Origin: a virus
Taxonomy: Duplodnaviria; Caudoviricetes
Reading direction: 5' to 3' (one strand)
Length of the DNA stretch: 64,000 nucleotides
Virus record (IMG/VR): IMGVR_UViG_3300031912_000871
Span: 23,322-87,321 of that record
The translations under genes were made by a program, and so were the position numbers. The notes beneath the pieces were generated by a model, which saw only the letters and a program-made list of their open reading frames with translations, did not search any database and had not been told where the DNA came from. Within the stretch, counting starts at the first letter, position 1. Each line of letters opens with the position of its first letter. Of this stretch, positions 37,298 to 46,951 are shown piece after piece.

Positions 37298-39637
37298 TTA
37301 GCGTCCCGCTCGTGTGGCCCGCTTGGCGCTGAGGGTCAGCCGACACCGGCAGCCGATCGTCTCCTCCAGCGGGCCGTCCGGGTCGCGCGGGTACCGCAGC
37401 TGCGCCTTGCCCACGGAGAACGTCTTGCCGACCGGTCGGGCTTGCCCGTTGGCGTTGCGGTGGGTGGTCCGGACGGCGCTGTCACGGCGGTCCCGCCACG
37501 TCGCGGTCACCTCCAGCCCGAGCGCGGCAGCAGCCCGCGCCGCGGCGTACATGCCGCCGGTGACAGCCGTGCGGACGGCGTGACCGGCGACGCTCTTCGC
37601 CCAGCTGAGCAGCGACCCGGCGTCGACCCGGGCGGTGAGCTGCTCCATGGTCTCTCCGGCGGCCTCCCCGGCGGCGAGGGACGCGGCGAGCTTGAGGCCG
37701 GCCGCGCGGGCGGCGTCAGCGGCGGCTGTGACCGCTGCGGTGGCCACGGCCGCCGCTTCCCGGCCTGCGGCGGCCGTGCCTGCCGACGGACCGGCGAGCA
37801 GCCCCACCGCGGTGACGGCGGCGCCCGTAGCTGCGGCCGCGATCAGCGGGCTCAAGGCATCCTCGGTGTCCTGCGCCCACACGTCGGGGTCGACGGCCGC
37901 CGTGGTGTCGAGGGCCTTCAGCCCGACCCGCCGGTCCACCTCCATATCGGGGTCGGCCGTCCAGTGCCGGGTGCCCTTGCGGGCCTTCGGGGACCGCAGC
38001 CGCGCCGACGTCCGCGCCGCCCATCGGGCCGTCAGAGCCGTCAGTGCCGCGGTCACCGCGGCCTCGGCTGCCTCGCCGCCCACCTGCTCGCTGCTCACCG
38101 TGCGGGCTGGCGCGGCGGCGGCCTTCAGCCCGTACCGGGCTACCCCGAGGGCGGTTTTGCCGGCCGGTTCGCCGGCTGGCTTCTCACGGTCGGCGGCGTC
38201 GCGTGGCTTCCTGCCGGCAGGTGGCTTCGTCTCGCTGTCCGGCTTCTCGTCCGGCTTCTTCCCGGTGGGGGGCTTGTCGCCGGGCTGCTCCTCGTCGCCG
38301 CCGTCGGCCGCAGGGGCCATCTGGGCGGCCATCTCCTCGCGGCGCTTCTCGGCCTCCTCGACGTCCTCCGGTGTCTGCGGGATCTGTGCCTTCCCGGTGT
38401 TGGGCAGCCACAGCGCCCGGGTCTCGGGCGTGGAGTGCACCTCGTAGCCGGCCAGCTCCGCGTACGACTCGATGGTGCGGAGGCCCTGCTGCACCTCCAG
38501 CCGGGCCTCCTCGCGGACGGCCCGCTGAGGTAGCCGCAGCGCTTCGACACCGGACAGGTCGAACTCCGGTTCGAGGTCGCGCTCGTCCAACGGGTCGACC
38601 ATCTCCGCTGCGATCAGCTCCAGCGGCGGCGGCATGGTCTCGGTCCAGAAGTTGTACTTGTCCTGCGCGGCGTTGTCGAACGTCGAGCCCTTGGAGATGC
38701 CGAGCAGGCTCTCGGGTACACCGATGCCGCCGAGGATCTCCTCCCGCGCGTTGCGGGTCAGCTGCTCGTACAGCATGTCCTTCGGCCGGGCCGACAGGTC
38801 GGCGTAGCTCACCTGGTCGGAGTTGACGATGGTGACCTTGCCGGCGTCGACCGGACCCCGACCGAAGCGGCGCTCCAGCTTCGTGGTGTCCTCGCCGTTG
38901 AGGCCGCCCTTGATGCCGACGATCGCGCGTACGTGCCCGTCGTTGAGCATCCAGTGCACGTTGATCTGCCGGGCCAGGTCGTCCATCTCGACGGACGCGC
39001 CGAGCGCCGACATCACCGTGTCCGCCCGGAACGGGTCCAGCGGGTGCGGCTCGCGGATCCACCACACCCGGTCGAACGGCACGGTCCGGACCGAGCCGTC
39101 GGGCATCTTCGTCTCGAAGTGGGAGATCAGCCGGTCACCGGCCACGACCCGCCCACTCTTCGCGCTCTCGGTGGGCACCGGCACGGTGCGGCCTGGGGGC
39201 AGCAGGTCCAGGCGGATGATGTCCCCGCCACGGGAACGGGTGAACTCCACGAACGCGCCACGCGGCGAGTACATGACCTGGATGAACAGGCGCCGCTTGA
39301 ACGCGCGGCCCTTCTCCAACGGGTTGGTCTGAGCGTGCGGCTGGAGCAGCCGGACCACGGGGTGGTCGTCCACGTACTCGTCGGTCCCGGCGACCTTGTA
39401 CCGGAACGGCAGCCGGGAGAAGTGCCCGGCCATCAGGGAGGTGCCCCGCCACAGCCAGACGGTCCGCTCATACGCCTGGTAGACGGCCCGCTCGACGTCC
39501 CACTTCTGCTGGCGGCGTTTCCCGCCGAGCCAGTCGGGCATCTGCCCGCTGTCGGTGGACCACCGGATCGTATCGACCGTCTTGGTCTCCACGTCGTCGG
39601 CGCGGCGGCCGAGGCGGAGGCTGGGGAACAGCGGCAC
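37298..39637 (-). CDS. Portal protein fused to MuF-like minor head domain
   Basis: Portal motifs (FRYK, VPFDRVWWIREPHPLDPFRA, REEILGGIGVPESLLG); C-terminal TWRDRRDSAVRTTH...LRYPRDPDGPLEETIGCRC. Confidence 0.88.
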   Translation of the reverse strand: MPLFPSLRLGRRADDVETKTVDTIRWSTDSGQMPDWLGGKRRQQKWDVERAVYQAYERTVWLWRGTSLMAGHFSRLPFRYKVAGTDEYVDDHPVVRLLQPHAQTNPLEKGRAFKRRLFIQVMYSPRGAFVEFTRSRGGDIIRLDLLPPGRTVPVPTESAKSGRVVAGDRLISHFETKMPDGSVRTVPFDRVWWIREPHPLDPFRADTVMSALGASVEMDDLARQINVHWMLNDGHVRAIVGIKGGLNGEDTTKLERRFGRGPVDAGKVTIVNSDQVSYADLSARPKDMLYEQLTRNAREEILGGIGVPESLLGISKGSTFDNAAQDKYNFWTETMPPPLELIAAEMVDPLDERDLEPEFDLSGVEALRLPQRAVREEARLEVQQGLRTIESYAELAGYEVHSTPETRALWLPNTGKAQIPQTPEDVEEAEKRREEMAAQMAPAADGGDEEQPGDKPPTGKKPDEKPDSETKPPAGRKPRDAADREKPAGEPAGKTALGVARYGLKAAAAPARTVSSEQVGGEAAEAAVTAALTALTARWAARTSARLRSPKARKGTRHWTADPDMEVDRRVGLKALDTTAAVDPDVWAQDTEDALSPLIAAAATGAAVTAVGLLAGPSAGTAAAGREAAAVATAAVTAAADAARAAGLKLAASLAAGEAAGETMEQLTARVDAGSLLSWAKSVAGHAVRTAVTGGMYAAARAAAALGLEVTATWRDRRDSAVRTTHRNANGQARPVGKTFSVGKAQLRYPRDPDGPLEETIGCRCRLTLSAKRATRAGR

Positions 39638-39641
39638 CCGG

Positions 39642-39827
39642 TTACTCCCTACCCAGCAGGAAACCGACTCCGGCGGTGAGGCCGCCGGCCAGCGCGGCAC
39701 CGGCGAGCGGATGCCAGCCGAACGCGGCGACCACTGCGGCAGCCGCGACGGTCAGGACCCCGGCGGCGAGCAGGACGGCGCCGGTGATGTCGCGGGCGCG
39801 GCGGCTGGTCAGAAGTCGGCGGCTCAC
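39642..39827 (-). CDS. Small two-helix membrane protein preceding portal
   Basis: 61 aa hydrophobic; leaderless GTG 27 nt from late-promoter motif. Confidence 0.7.
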   Translation of the reverse strand: MSRRLLTSRRARDITGAVLLAAGVLTVAAAAVVAAFGWHPLAGAALAGGLTAGVGFLLGRE

Positions 39828-39876
39828 GGCCGGGACGGTAGGCCCACCGAAGGGCTAGCGTCCCCCGGGCGCGTGG

Positions 39877-40230
39877 TCAGGCGACCGCCATCGCGGGCAT
39901 GGGAGGCCGGCCGTAGTTGTGGGGCTCCTCGTGCAGGTGCTCGCAGGCGTCCCAGGGCATCAGGTGAGTGGGGCACTTGCGCTTGCGGCGCCCGTCCGGG
40001 CCGCCGCGCAGGTGAGCGGTGCCGACGGTCGCGGCCGAGCATGTCTGTCCGCGCACTGCGTCGTACCAGCCCTGGCACTGAGCGCACCGCAGGTCGAGCA
40101 CATCTACCCTGACCCCCGCGGTCAGGACGATGTACCCGTCTTCGAGGGCCTGTTCGGCGGACTCGGGTTCGATGGTGACGTTTGCTGCCGCGTACCACTG
40201 GTGTTCGGGGCTGAAGACCGCTGCTGGCAA
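39877..40230 (-). CDS. Cys/His-rich hypothetical protein
   Basis: TTG 40230 with GGAGG; CAQC...C...H and CPTH...CEH. Confidence 0.6.
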   Translation of the reverse strand: MPAAVFSPEHQWYAAANVTIEPESAEQALEDGYIVLTAGVRVDVLDLRCAQCQGWYDAVRGQTCSAATVGTAHLRGGPDGRRKRKCPTHLMPWDACEHLHEEPHNYGRPPMPAMAVA

Positions 40231-40478
40231 GGGGGTGACCTCCAAGCACGAGGGGAGGGATCTGCTTGTTTCGGCGACATCTGGGGCAGGGTTGCGGCCC
40301 GCCGTCCTCCCCGGCTCGCGTAGCGAAGTATGTCGATGACCAGCGAAAACCGGTCGATGTCGCTGGCTGCTGTGATGCCCGAGCATACGGTGATCACCCG
40401 CCCCCGCGTCAACTACAGTGAACGAATCTAGCGCCAGGCCGTCCGGTTGACTTGACTGGCCGGATGGCCGAGGGAAGC

Positions 40479-40874
40479 ATGGTGGAAATGTCGACCCCCC
40501 CGCGGCAGACCTTCGCCGAACTCCTCGAACATCTCTTCGTCACCCATCCGAACCCAGCAACCCGGCGCCGCTACAGCGACGCCGAGGTCGCCATAGCCGT
40601 CGGAATCTCCAAGACCGCCGTCTGGGCGTTACGCACCGGCCAGTCGAGCAACCCCACCCTGGAGACCATCTACGGCTTGGCCCGCTTCTTCGGTGTGACG
40701 CCCGGCTACTTCTTCGGTGAGCACGACACCATCGACCCCGAGCTGCGTGCCGCGATGGCCGACGCCGGCGTGCGGCACATCGCCGCCCGCGCGGCCGGCC
40801 TCACCGAGCAGAGCCAGCAGATGGTCCTGAACGTCCTCGAACAGGTCCGCCGACTCGAACACCGAGGTGAATAG
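40479..40874 (+). CDS. XRE-family HTH regulator (EspR-like layout)
   Basis: YSDAEVAIAVGISKTAVWALRTGQSSNPTLETIYGLARFFGVTPGYFF; C-terminal GVRHIAARAAGL. Confidence 0.88.
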   Translation: MVEMSTPPRQTFAELLEHLFVTHPNPATRRRYSDAEVAIAVGISKTAVWALRTGQSSNPTLETIYGLARFFGVTPGYFFGEHDTIDPELRAAMADAGVRHIAARAAGLTEQSQQMVLNVLEQVRRLEHRGE

Positions 40875-41041
40875 TGGCAGTCAACACCCGATCGGGGCTA
40901 AAGTCCCGTTAACGGGATCGACCACGCTGGCACTCATCGGCGGGAATTTCATCCCTGAGTGAAGATCCTTGCCAGAAAGCCCTCCCTCATGCAGCGTGGT
41001 GGACCCCCACCGGTACTGGATCCACCGGAGCGCCCCGCCCC

Positions 41042-41566
41042 ATGCCGATCAACCAGCTCCGCCGACAGATCACCCCCCTCGTGGACCGGTTCTCACCACC
41101 GGCCCCCTGGGACATCGCCCGCTACGTCGAGACGATCAGCGCCCGACGCGGACGACCCATCCAGCTGCTGCCGACCGACACCGCCGGCGGCGTCTGCGGC
41201 CTATGGGTCGCCACCGACCAGGCCGACTACATCGCCTACGAGCGCGGCACCTCCGGCCCCCACCGCGACTTGATCATCCTGCACGAGCTGGGACACATCC
41301 TGTTCGGCCACGACGGCCGCACCCTCGCCCACACCGGCTCCCGCTCCCGCTACCCGGACATCCAGGAACAACAGGCCGAGGTGTTCGCCACCGAGGTGCT
41401 CCAGCGAGCCGGCCAGAAACGCCCAGCCCCGCCGTCGCGGCAGGCCGTGGCCATCCTCGCTACCTTCAACGCGATAGGACCCGCCCGTGCCGCCCACACT
41501 GCTGATCCTGCTGCTGTGCGCCGCCACCGCGTACGTGGCTTGGGCGCCGCTGCGCAGTACACCTGA
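41042..41566 (+). CDS. ImmA/IrrE-like zinc peptidase
   Basis: CGLWVAT, HRDLIILHELGHILFGH, QEQQAEVFA. Confidence 0.82.
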   Translation: MPINQLRRQITPLVDRFSPPAPWDIARYVETISARRGRPIQLLPTDTAGGVCGLWVATDQADYIAYERGTSGPHRDLIILHELGHILFGHDGRTLAHTGSRSRYPDIQEQQAEVFATEVLQRAGQKRPAPPSRQAVAILATFNAIGPARAAHTADPAAVRRHRVRGLGAAAQYT

Positions 41567-42758
41567 GCCGCCCCGCCGGTCACCGGCCCGCCAAGCACTC
41601 ATCCTCGGCATGGCGTTCCTCACCATCGGCGTGTGGGCCGGCTACCAGGCAGACGACGCTCTCAACAGGCTCACCGGCTGGACCGGCACCTCCGAACTCA
41701 GCCAGCACCTCGCCATCATCGCCTCGCTGACCGCCCTGGAAGTCATGCTGCTGCACTGGCATCTGCCGCCGGAAGCGGCCCGGAGCGAAAGCCAGTGGCG
41801 CTACATCCTCGCCCTCGGCGTCGCGGTTGGCATGGTCGGCTTGTTCCTGCTCGGCGGCCCCGACGCCCGCCCCGCGACCGAGGGCGCCTACTACCGGGCG
41901 ACGCCAACCGTCGCGATCCACGAGAGCGTGTACGCGCTGCTCCTCGCCGCCGCCACAACAGACCTGGCCGTACAGTCCGGCATCTACCGCCGTTGGCTGC
42001 GTGACTACCCGTACAGCTGGTGGGGCCTGACGGCGTTCGCGGTCGCGGGCTGGCTGGCCCTTCCCTTCGCGCTGCTGTCCGGTATCGACGCCGCCGCCGA
42101 AGGACTCGGCCTGTTCGAGGTGAGCTCGCAGCTGCTCGCCGCCACCGAGTCCCTGATCCTCACTGCCTGCGCCCTGTTCGCCGTCGGCGCGGTCCTCCCC
42201 ACCGCCGGACCGAGGATCGCCGCCGGCGTCCGTCGCGTCCGCCGCGCCCGAGCCGCCCAAAAACTACGGCCCCTGTGGCAGGCCGTCCTCGACGGAAACC
42301 CCGGCTTGGCCCTCGACCGGCCCCGAGGAGCCGACTCCGCAGGCGAGGTGCTGCGCACCCTCATCTCCGGCGACGACTGGCGGGTCTACCGCCGCGTCAT
42401 CGAGGTCCGCGACGGCTACCTGGAACTGCGGCCCTGGCTCGACCAGGACGTCATGAACCTCGCCCTGTTCAAATGCCAGCAGGCCGGGCTGACCGGCCAC
42501 GACCTGCACGCCGCCGTCGAGGCAGCCGTCATCGCCGCCGCGCTGCGCGCCAAGGACCGCGCTGACCAGCCCCGCGAGGGCACCCACGTCGACCCGGGCG
42601 GCGCCGACATGTCGGGGGAGATCCGCTGGCTCGCCCGGGTGTCCCAGCACCTCCGCCACCCCGTCGTACGGGAGGTGCTGCACGAACTGGACCTGCGGCG
42701 CGAGTCCGAACGTAGCTGGGTGGACCAGCAGCTGGACAAGCTCGGCATCAAGCGATGA
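41487..42758 (+). CDS. Multi-TM protein with C-terminal cytoplasmic domain (MAB_1171c/DUF6545-like)
   Basis: About 7 TM helices then LRPLWQAV...VYRRVIEVRDGYLEL...GEIRWLARV. Confidence 0.75.
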   Translation: MPPTLLILLLCAATAYVAWAPLRSTPEPPRRSPARQALILGMAFLTIGVWAGYQADDALNRLTGWTGTSELSQHLAIIASLTALEVMLLHWHLPPEAARSESQWRYILALGVAVGMVGLFLLGGPDARPATEGAYYRATPTVAIHESVYALLLAAATTDLAVQSGIYRRWLRDYPYSWWGLTAFAVAGWLALPFALLSGIDAAAEGLGLFEVSSQLLAATESLILTACALFAVGAVLPTAGPRIAAGVRRVRRARAAQKLRPLWQAVLDGNPGLALDRPRGADSAGEVLRTLISGDDWRVYRRVIEVRDGYLELRPWLDQDVMNLALFKCQQAGLTGHDLHAAVEAAVIAAALRAKDRADQPREGTHVDPGGADMSGEIRWLARVSQHLRHPVVREVLHELDLRRESERSWVDQQLDKLGIKR

Positions 42759-44481
42759 GCCGGGCCCGGTGCACCGCCGGCTCGTACACGGCCAGGCAGC
42801 ACGCCTCCGCCCGGTCCGGTGACCGGACGCCCCGCTTCCGCATGCTGTCCTTCGACTCGACCACCGTGTTGCCCTGCGAGTCGGTGGAGTAGCGCGGCGC
42901 CGACATCTGCGACACGGTGCGGTCGTCCACCCGCAGCCGCACGATCGGATCCCCATCACCGGCCGCCGCAGCCAGTAGGCCCCGCATGGCCAGCCACATC
43001 TCGTCGCGCTTGCGCGCCGGCCGCAGCGTCGCGGTGTCAGCGTCCCGGTTCGGAGACTCCCGCACGTCGACCGGAACGATGTCGGCCTGGTGCTTGCCCT
43101 CCCGGCCCCACGCCTCCAGCAGCCCGAACACACCCCAGCCGACGCCGATGATGTCGACCTTCACCCGCACCCGCGCCGGCGTACCCAGCGCCCGCGCCAG
43201 GTCGGTGGCCCGTTTGATCTGCTCCAGCACCATTCCCGCGACCGCCACGCTGTCGGTGTTCGCCTGCCCGGCACTGGTCTTCTCGATCGTGATCAGGTCG
43301 CCGACGCAGCGGGTGATGGCCAGCTCGTCACCGCCGTCCGCCGCTACGTCCACGCCGAGGCGTACCCACGCGCCGCGCTGCACCCGATGCTGCGCGGTCT
43401 CCGCCCGCAGGCCCAGGTCGCACAGCCGCACGACGTCCGGACCGTCGGCGGGTTCGTCGGCGCGCACCGCGGCGTCGACCCACGACCACGGGATCAGCGT
43501 GTTCGGCCCACCCCTCGGGAACTGCGCGCGGACCTTGGCGATCACGAACCGGGAGTCGTCGCCGTGGTCGGCGATCGCGTTGGCCACCCACCGCTGGTCG
43601 ACCAGGTGCGTGGCCAGGGGATGGGGCGGGGTGGCCGGCGGGCACGACCGGCACGTCGCGGTCGCCTCGCCCGTGAAGTTCGGGGTGCCGTACGCATCGA
43701 GGGGGATGACGCTGGTCCGGTCGTCGGACGCACACAGCCGCTCGAACCACGACCCTTCCTCGTCGGTGGGCGGGTTCCCGATGCACACCATCGCCGCGTT
43801 CGAGCCGGTCAGCAGACCCCGCATGTTCTGGCCGATGGTCTGGGAGATACCGCCGGCCTCGTCCACGACCAGCAGCAGGTTCGGCGCGTGGATACCCTGC
43901 ACCGCGTCCTCGGCGTGCGGGGCCGCCGCGATGCCGTACGCCACCACGTACTCCTGCCCGGCGACGGTAGGCACCTTCCACTGCGTCGTGTCCACGGACC
44001 CGAACAAGTCCGCGCGTTTGGTGACGCCCCGGATCTCCGGCCAGATCTGCCGGGCCACCTGCCGCCACCGCGGCGCAATCGTCACCACCACGGCGGTGCC
44101 CGGCGGGTACACCGCCCCGAAGTAGGTGGCGGCCAGCGCCATCGAGCGCGTCTTCCCGGATCCGAAGCACGAGGGGACTGCCGTCACCTGGTTGCGGACC
44201 ATCGACCGCAGGATCTTCCGCTGCCCCGACCACAGGGCCTCACCGAGCACCTGCGTCGCGAAGCCCACCGGGTCGCCCTGCCACACCGCGTACGGGGTGC
44301 CCAGCTCTACCGCCGACGCCGCCAACAGCGCCACCAGATCGTCCCGGTCCAGCGCGGCGAGCACCCGCCGCCGAGCCGGCACGGGCGCGGCCATCAGGTC
44401 GGTGAGCATCCGCGCCGCGGCCGTGGACCGGACAGCCCGGCGGCCTGCGGCTACCCGGGCGGCGCCGGCGACGTCGAACAC
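42748..44481 (-). CDS. terL: Terminase large subunit
   Basis: SCFGSGKT, LLVVDEAGGI, CIGNP, LGVDVAADGGD, SPDRAEA. Start may be ATG 44409. Confidence 0.9.
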   Translation of the reverse strand: MFDVAGAARVAAGRRAVRSTAAARMLTDLMAAPVPARRRVLAALDRDDLVALLAASAVELGTPYAVWQGDPVGFATQVLGEALWSGQRKILRSMVRNQVTAVPSCFGSGKTRSMALAATYFGAVYPPGTAVVVTIAPRWRQVARQIWPEIRGVTKRADLFGSVDTTQWKVPTVAGQEYVVAYGIAAAPHAEDAVQGIHAPNLLLVVDEAGGISQTIGQNMRGLLTGSNAAMVCIGNPPTDEEGSWFERLCASDDRTSVIPLDAYGTPNFTGEATATCRSCPPATPPHPLATHLVDQRWVANAIADHGDDSRFVIAKVRAQFPRGGPNTLIPWSWVDAAVRADEPADGPDVVRLCDLGLRAETAQHRVQRGAWVRLGVDVAADGGDELAITRCVGDLITIEKTSAGQANTDSVAVAGMVLEQIKRATDLARALGTPARVRVKVDIIGVGWGVFGLLEAWGREGKHQADIVPVDVRESPNRDADTATLRPARKRDEMWLAMRGLLAAAAGDGDPIVRLRVDDRTVSQMSAPRYSTDSQGNTVVESKDSMRKRGVRSPDRAEACCLAVYEPAVHRARLIA

Positions 44482-44571
44482 ATCGTCACCCGGGGGAGAG
44501 GCACACCGGGGCGCGCGGCAGCAGCGACCCCCGTCGTGGACATGCCGAAGATCGTGCAGCCCGGCGGGGTC

Positions 44572-45081
44572 TTACGTCCGGATGCCGTCCGGGCCGCAGT
44601 GCTGGCAGCTGCAAGGCAGGCCGAGACGCGCTCGCCGCTCACGGTGGCGCCGCGCGAGGGCCGCCACCCGCGCCGGGTCGCCCGGGTCGCAGCCGGCCCG
44701 CGCCAGGTAGGCCCGCGCCGCCGGCTCCCACCAGTCGTAGTCCTCCAGCCCGGGAAGCCGTGCCCACAGCTCAAGCTCCCCGAGCCAGCCGTTGCAGCTG
44801 CTACACAGCAGGCCCCGAACGCATCTGCCGCAGGTCTTGTGATGGTCCTGGCAACATGCGTGGTCATGGTCGATGTAGAGCGGTGCCGGGCCGTCGCCCC
44901 GGAAGTTGGCCCTTCGGCAGATGCCGCACTGCCCGTCCTGAGTGGCGCGGAGCCGCCGGTAGTCGGCTGCGGTGAGGCGATGCCGACCCAGCGCGCGAAC
45001 CGGAAGAGCCGTGCAGCACACGTCCCGCCACTGAGGTACGGCGACGTGGACCAGGCCGCCCCGGCCGTACGTAAGTGCCAT
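44572..45081 (-). CDS. Endonuclease VII-family nuclease
   Basis: QDGQCGIC...IDHDH...VRGLLCSSCNGWLG. Confidence 0.88.
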   Translation of the reverse strand: MALTYGRGGLVHVAVPQWRDVCCTALPVRALGRHRLTAADYRRLRATQDGQCGICRRANFRGDGPAPLYIDHDHACCQDHHKTCGRCVRGLLCSSCNGWLGELELWARLPGLEDYDWWEPAARAYLARAGCDPGDPARVAALARRHRERRARLGLPCSCQHCGPDGIRT

Positions 45082-45142
45082 GACGTGAGTGTGCCGGTGG
45101 GCCGGACGGCAACTCCGCCCAGCCCACCGGCAACCTGCTGCG

Positions 45143-45481
45143 TCAGCCCACCCAGTCCGCCATCTCCGGGATCGGCCGGTAGCCGACCTCCCGGCTGTCG
45201 GTGTCGACCCGGGCGATCACCCCGGATCGGGCCAGCGCGGCGAGGTGCCCGCTGACGGTGGACCGGTCGAGCACGATCAGCGCGGCGACGTCCCCGGCGG
45301 CGGTGTGCCGGTAGCCGTCGGGGTGCCGCAGCATCAGGTCGGCGTGCTGGTGCACCGCCAGGTACACCAGCTGCCGGGTGGGCTTCAAGTTGGTGCTGCC
45401 GGCGAGCACGACGAACGCGCCGGCCGTGAAGGTACGCAGCCGGCGGGCCAACTGCTGGTGCACCTCGGGGGAGAAGGGCAT
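45143..45481 (-). CDS. Winged-HTH protein
   Basis: TAAGDVAALIVLDRSTVSGHLAALARSGVIAR; RBS GGAGACCCC. Confidence 0.7.
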   Translation of the reverse strand: MPFSPEVHQQLARRLRTFTAGAFVVLAGSTNLKPTRQLVYLAVHQHADLMLRHPDGYRHTAAGDVAALIVLDRSTVSGHLAALARSGVIARVDTDSREVGYRPIPEMADWVG

Positions 45482-45529
45482 GGGGTCTCCGATCGCTGGT
45501 GGCGCCGGGTCGCTCACCCGGCGCCGGGT

Positions 45530-45721
45530 CTACTGGGACGTCGCCGACTCGCGGCTCTGCCCGGCTGCCTGCCAGCGCTCGGCCAGGCGGATGACCTGCC
45601 TGCCGGTGAGGTGCGGCGCGTACCCGACCCACGCCACGTTCGACGGCTTCGGGGGAATGGCGGTCAGCTTGTTGACGGTGCAGCACCAGAGGGTGCAGCC
45701 GTCGACCGGGCGAGTGGCCAC
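45530..45721 (-). CDS. Small hypothetical early protein
   Basis: First gene after an early cassette. Confidence 0.55.
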   Translation of the reverse strand: MATRPVDGCTLWCCTVNKLTAIPPKPSNVAWVGYAPHLTGRQVIRLAERWQAAGQSRESATSQ

Positions 45722-45891
45722 GGGGGTCTCCTGTTCTGCGCGGGTCGCTCACCCGCACACCCCGAAGTGTAGCAAGCCTACAGTGTGTTGTCGATTGTCT
45801 GCGTCGTAGGGTAGGAATACGGCGGCCTTGGGTCTTCACCTGCCCGCGGGTGGGCGGCCGTCCGATCCCCTCAAGAACCCCGGGAGCCAGC

Positions 45892-46860
45892 GTGACCGAT
45901 TCCGAGGAGCGCCGTATCAGGCTCTTGGAATGGCTCTACGAGCACGACGGTGCCTCCATGCCGTCGATGTACGAGTTCCTCGGCGAGGTTCCTGACGAGA
46001 AGACCGAAGAGTTGTGGCGCGGCACTCTCCGCAGGCTGTTCAAGGATGGCCTGATCATGCTGGGCGAGACGTACGAGATCGCGCATACCTCCGCTGACCT
46101 CACAGACGCAGGGCGAGCCAATGTGGAGGAACGCCGTCATCGCCAAGCCGCCGAGCGAGAGATGCAAGCGCGTCGGCGCGCAGATCCTGCACTCCGCCGC
46201 GCCGCGGCAAGCAACGGACTGCTGCGCTGGGCTTACGACCAGGATCCCGACGGCGGCAAGTGGCTGTACGTCGACCAGTTCCTGTCGAGCGGGCACGCCG
46301 TCTTCGAGGGGGAGAGCCTCCCCGAGAGCGTGGTTCGGCGCGCCGCACTCAACCTTCAGGAGAACGGTCTGGTTCGCGGCGACAGCGGCGTGGCCGAGAT
46401 CGAGGGGCCGATCACCCTGCAGATCACGTCGGCCGGCCAAGACTGCATCGAATCCGGAGGCGACGTGGCTGACTACCTGCGGCGACGCAACGATCGCGCT
46501 GCCAACATCACCAACTTCCACGGGCCGGTGTCCGGCAACGTCAGCTGGGACAGCACCCATGTCACCCAGACGGCCACCACGACCGGCGTGGCTGGCGACG
46601 AACTTGCCGTACTGGTTCGCGCCATCGCTGAGGCCATCCCCGTGCTCGATTTGTCCGAGGAGCAGCAGGCGGCGGTGCGGCGCAACGTGGACGTCATCGA
46701 GGGCGAGCTGGAGCAGCCGGAGCCTGACCAGCACACCGTCAAAAATCTGATGCGCCGCACGCTCGACGTCATCGAAGGCTCGACCACCAGCGCGCTCGGG
46801 ATCTTGCTCACCGGGTACGCCAAGGAGTTGATGAGAAGCGCCGGCGTTCCGATCGGGTAG
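45892..46860 (+). CDS. Accessory protein with duplicated wHTH-like domain and helical C-terminus
   Basis: LLEWLYEHDG.../LLRWAYDQDPDG... internal duplication; more A/T-ending codons than neighbours. Confidence 0.75.
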   Translation: MTDSEERRIRLLEWLYEHDGASMPSMYEFLGEVPDEKTEELWRGTLRRLFKDGLIMLGETYEIAHTSADLTDAGRANVEERRHRQAAEREMQARRRADPALRRAAASNGLLRWAYDQDPDGGKWLYVDQFLSSGHAVFEGESLPESVVRRAALNLQENGLVRGDSGVAEIEGPITLQITSAGQDCIESGGDVADYLRRRNDRAANITNFHGPVSGNVSWDSTHVTQTATTTGVAGDELAVLVRAIAEAIPVLDLSEEQQAAVRRNVDVIEGELEQPEPDQHTVKNLMRRTLDVIEGSTTSALGILLTGYAKELMRSAGVPIG

Positions 46861-46880
46861 GGCGTTCCCTGCCTCGCAGT

Positions 46881-46908
46881 ACCGCGCATAATTCCGATTA
46901 TGTCCGCG
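46881..46908. other. dif-like Xer recombination site
   Basis: ACCGCGCATAA-TTCCGA-TTATGTCCGCG, 11-6-11 layout; GCGCATAA and TTATGT match E. coli dif (GGTGCGCATAA-TGTATA-TTATGTTAAAT). Confidence 0.72.
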
Positions 46909-46951
46909 CGTCGGAGGGGATTCGCCGACCGCCGACCGTAGGCTCGACGGC

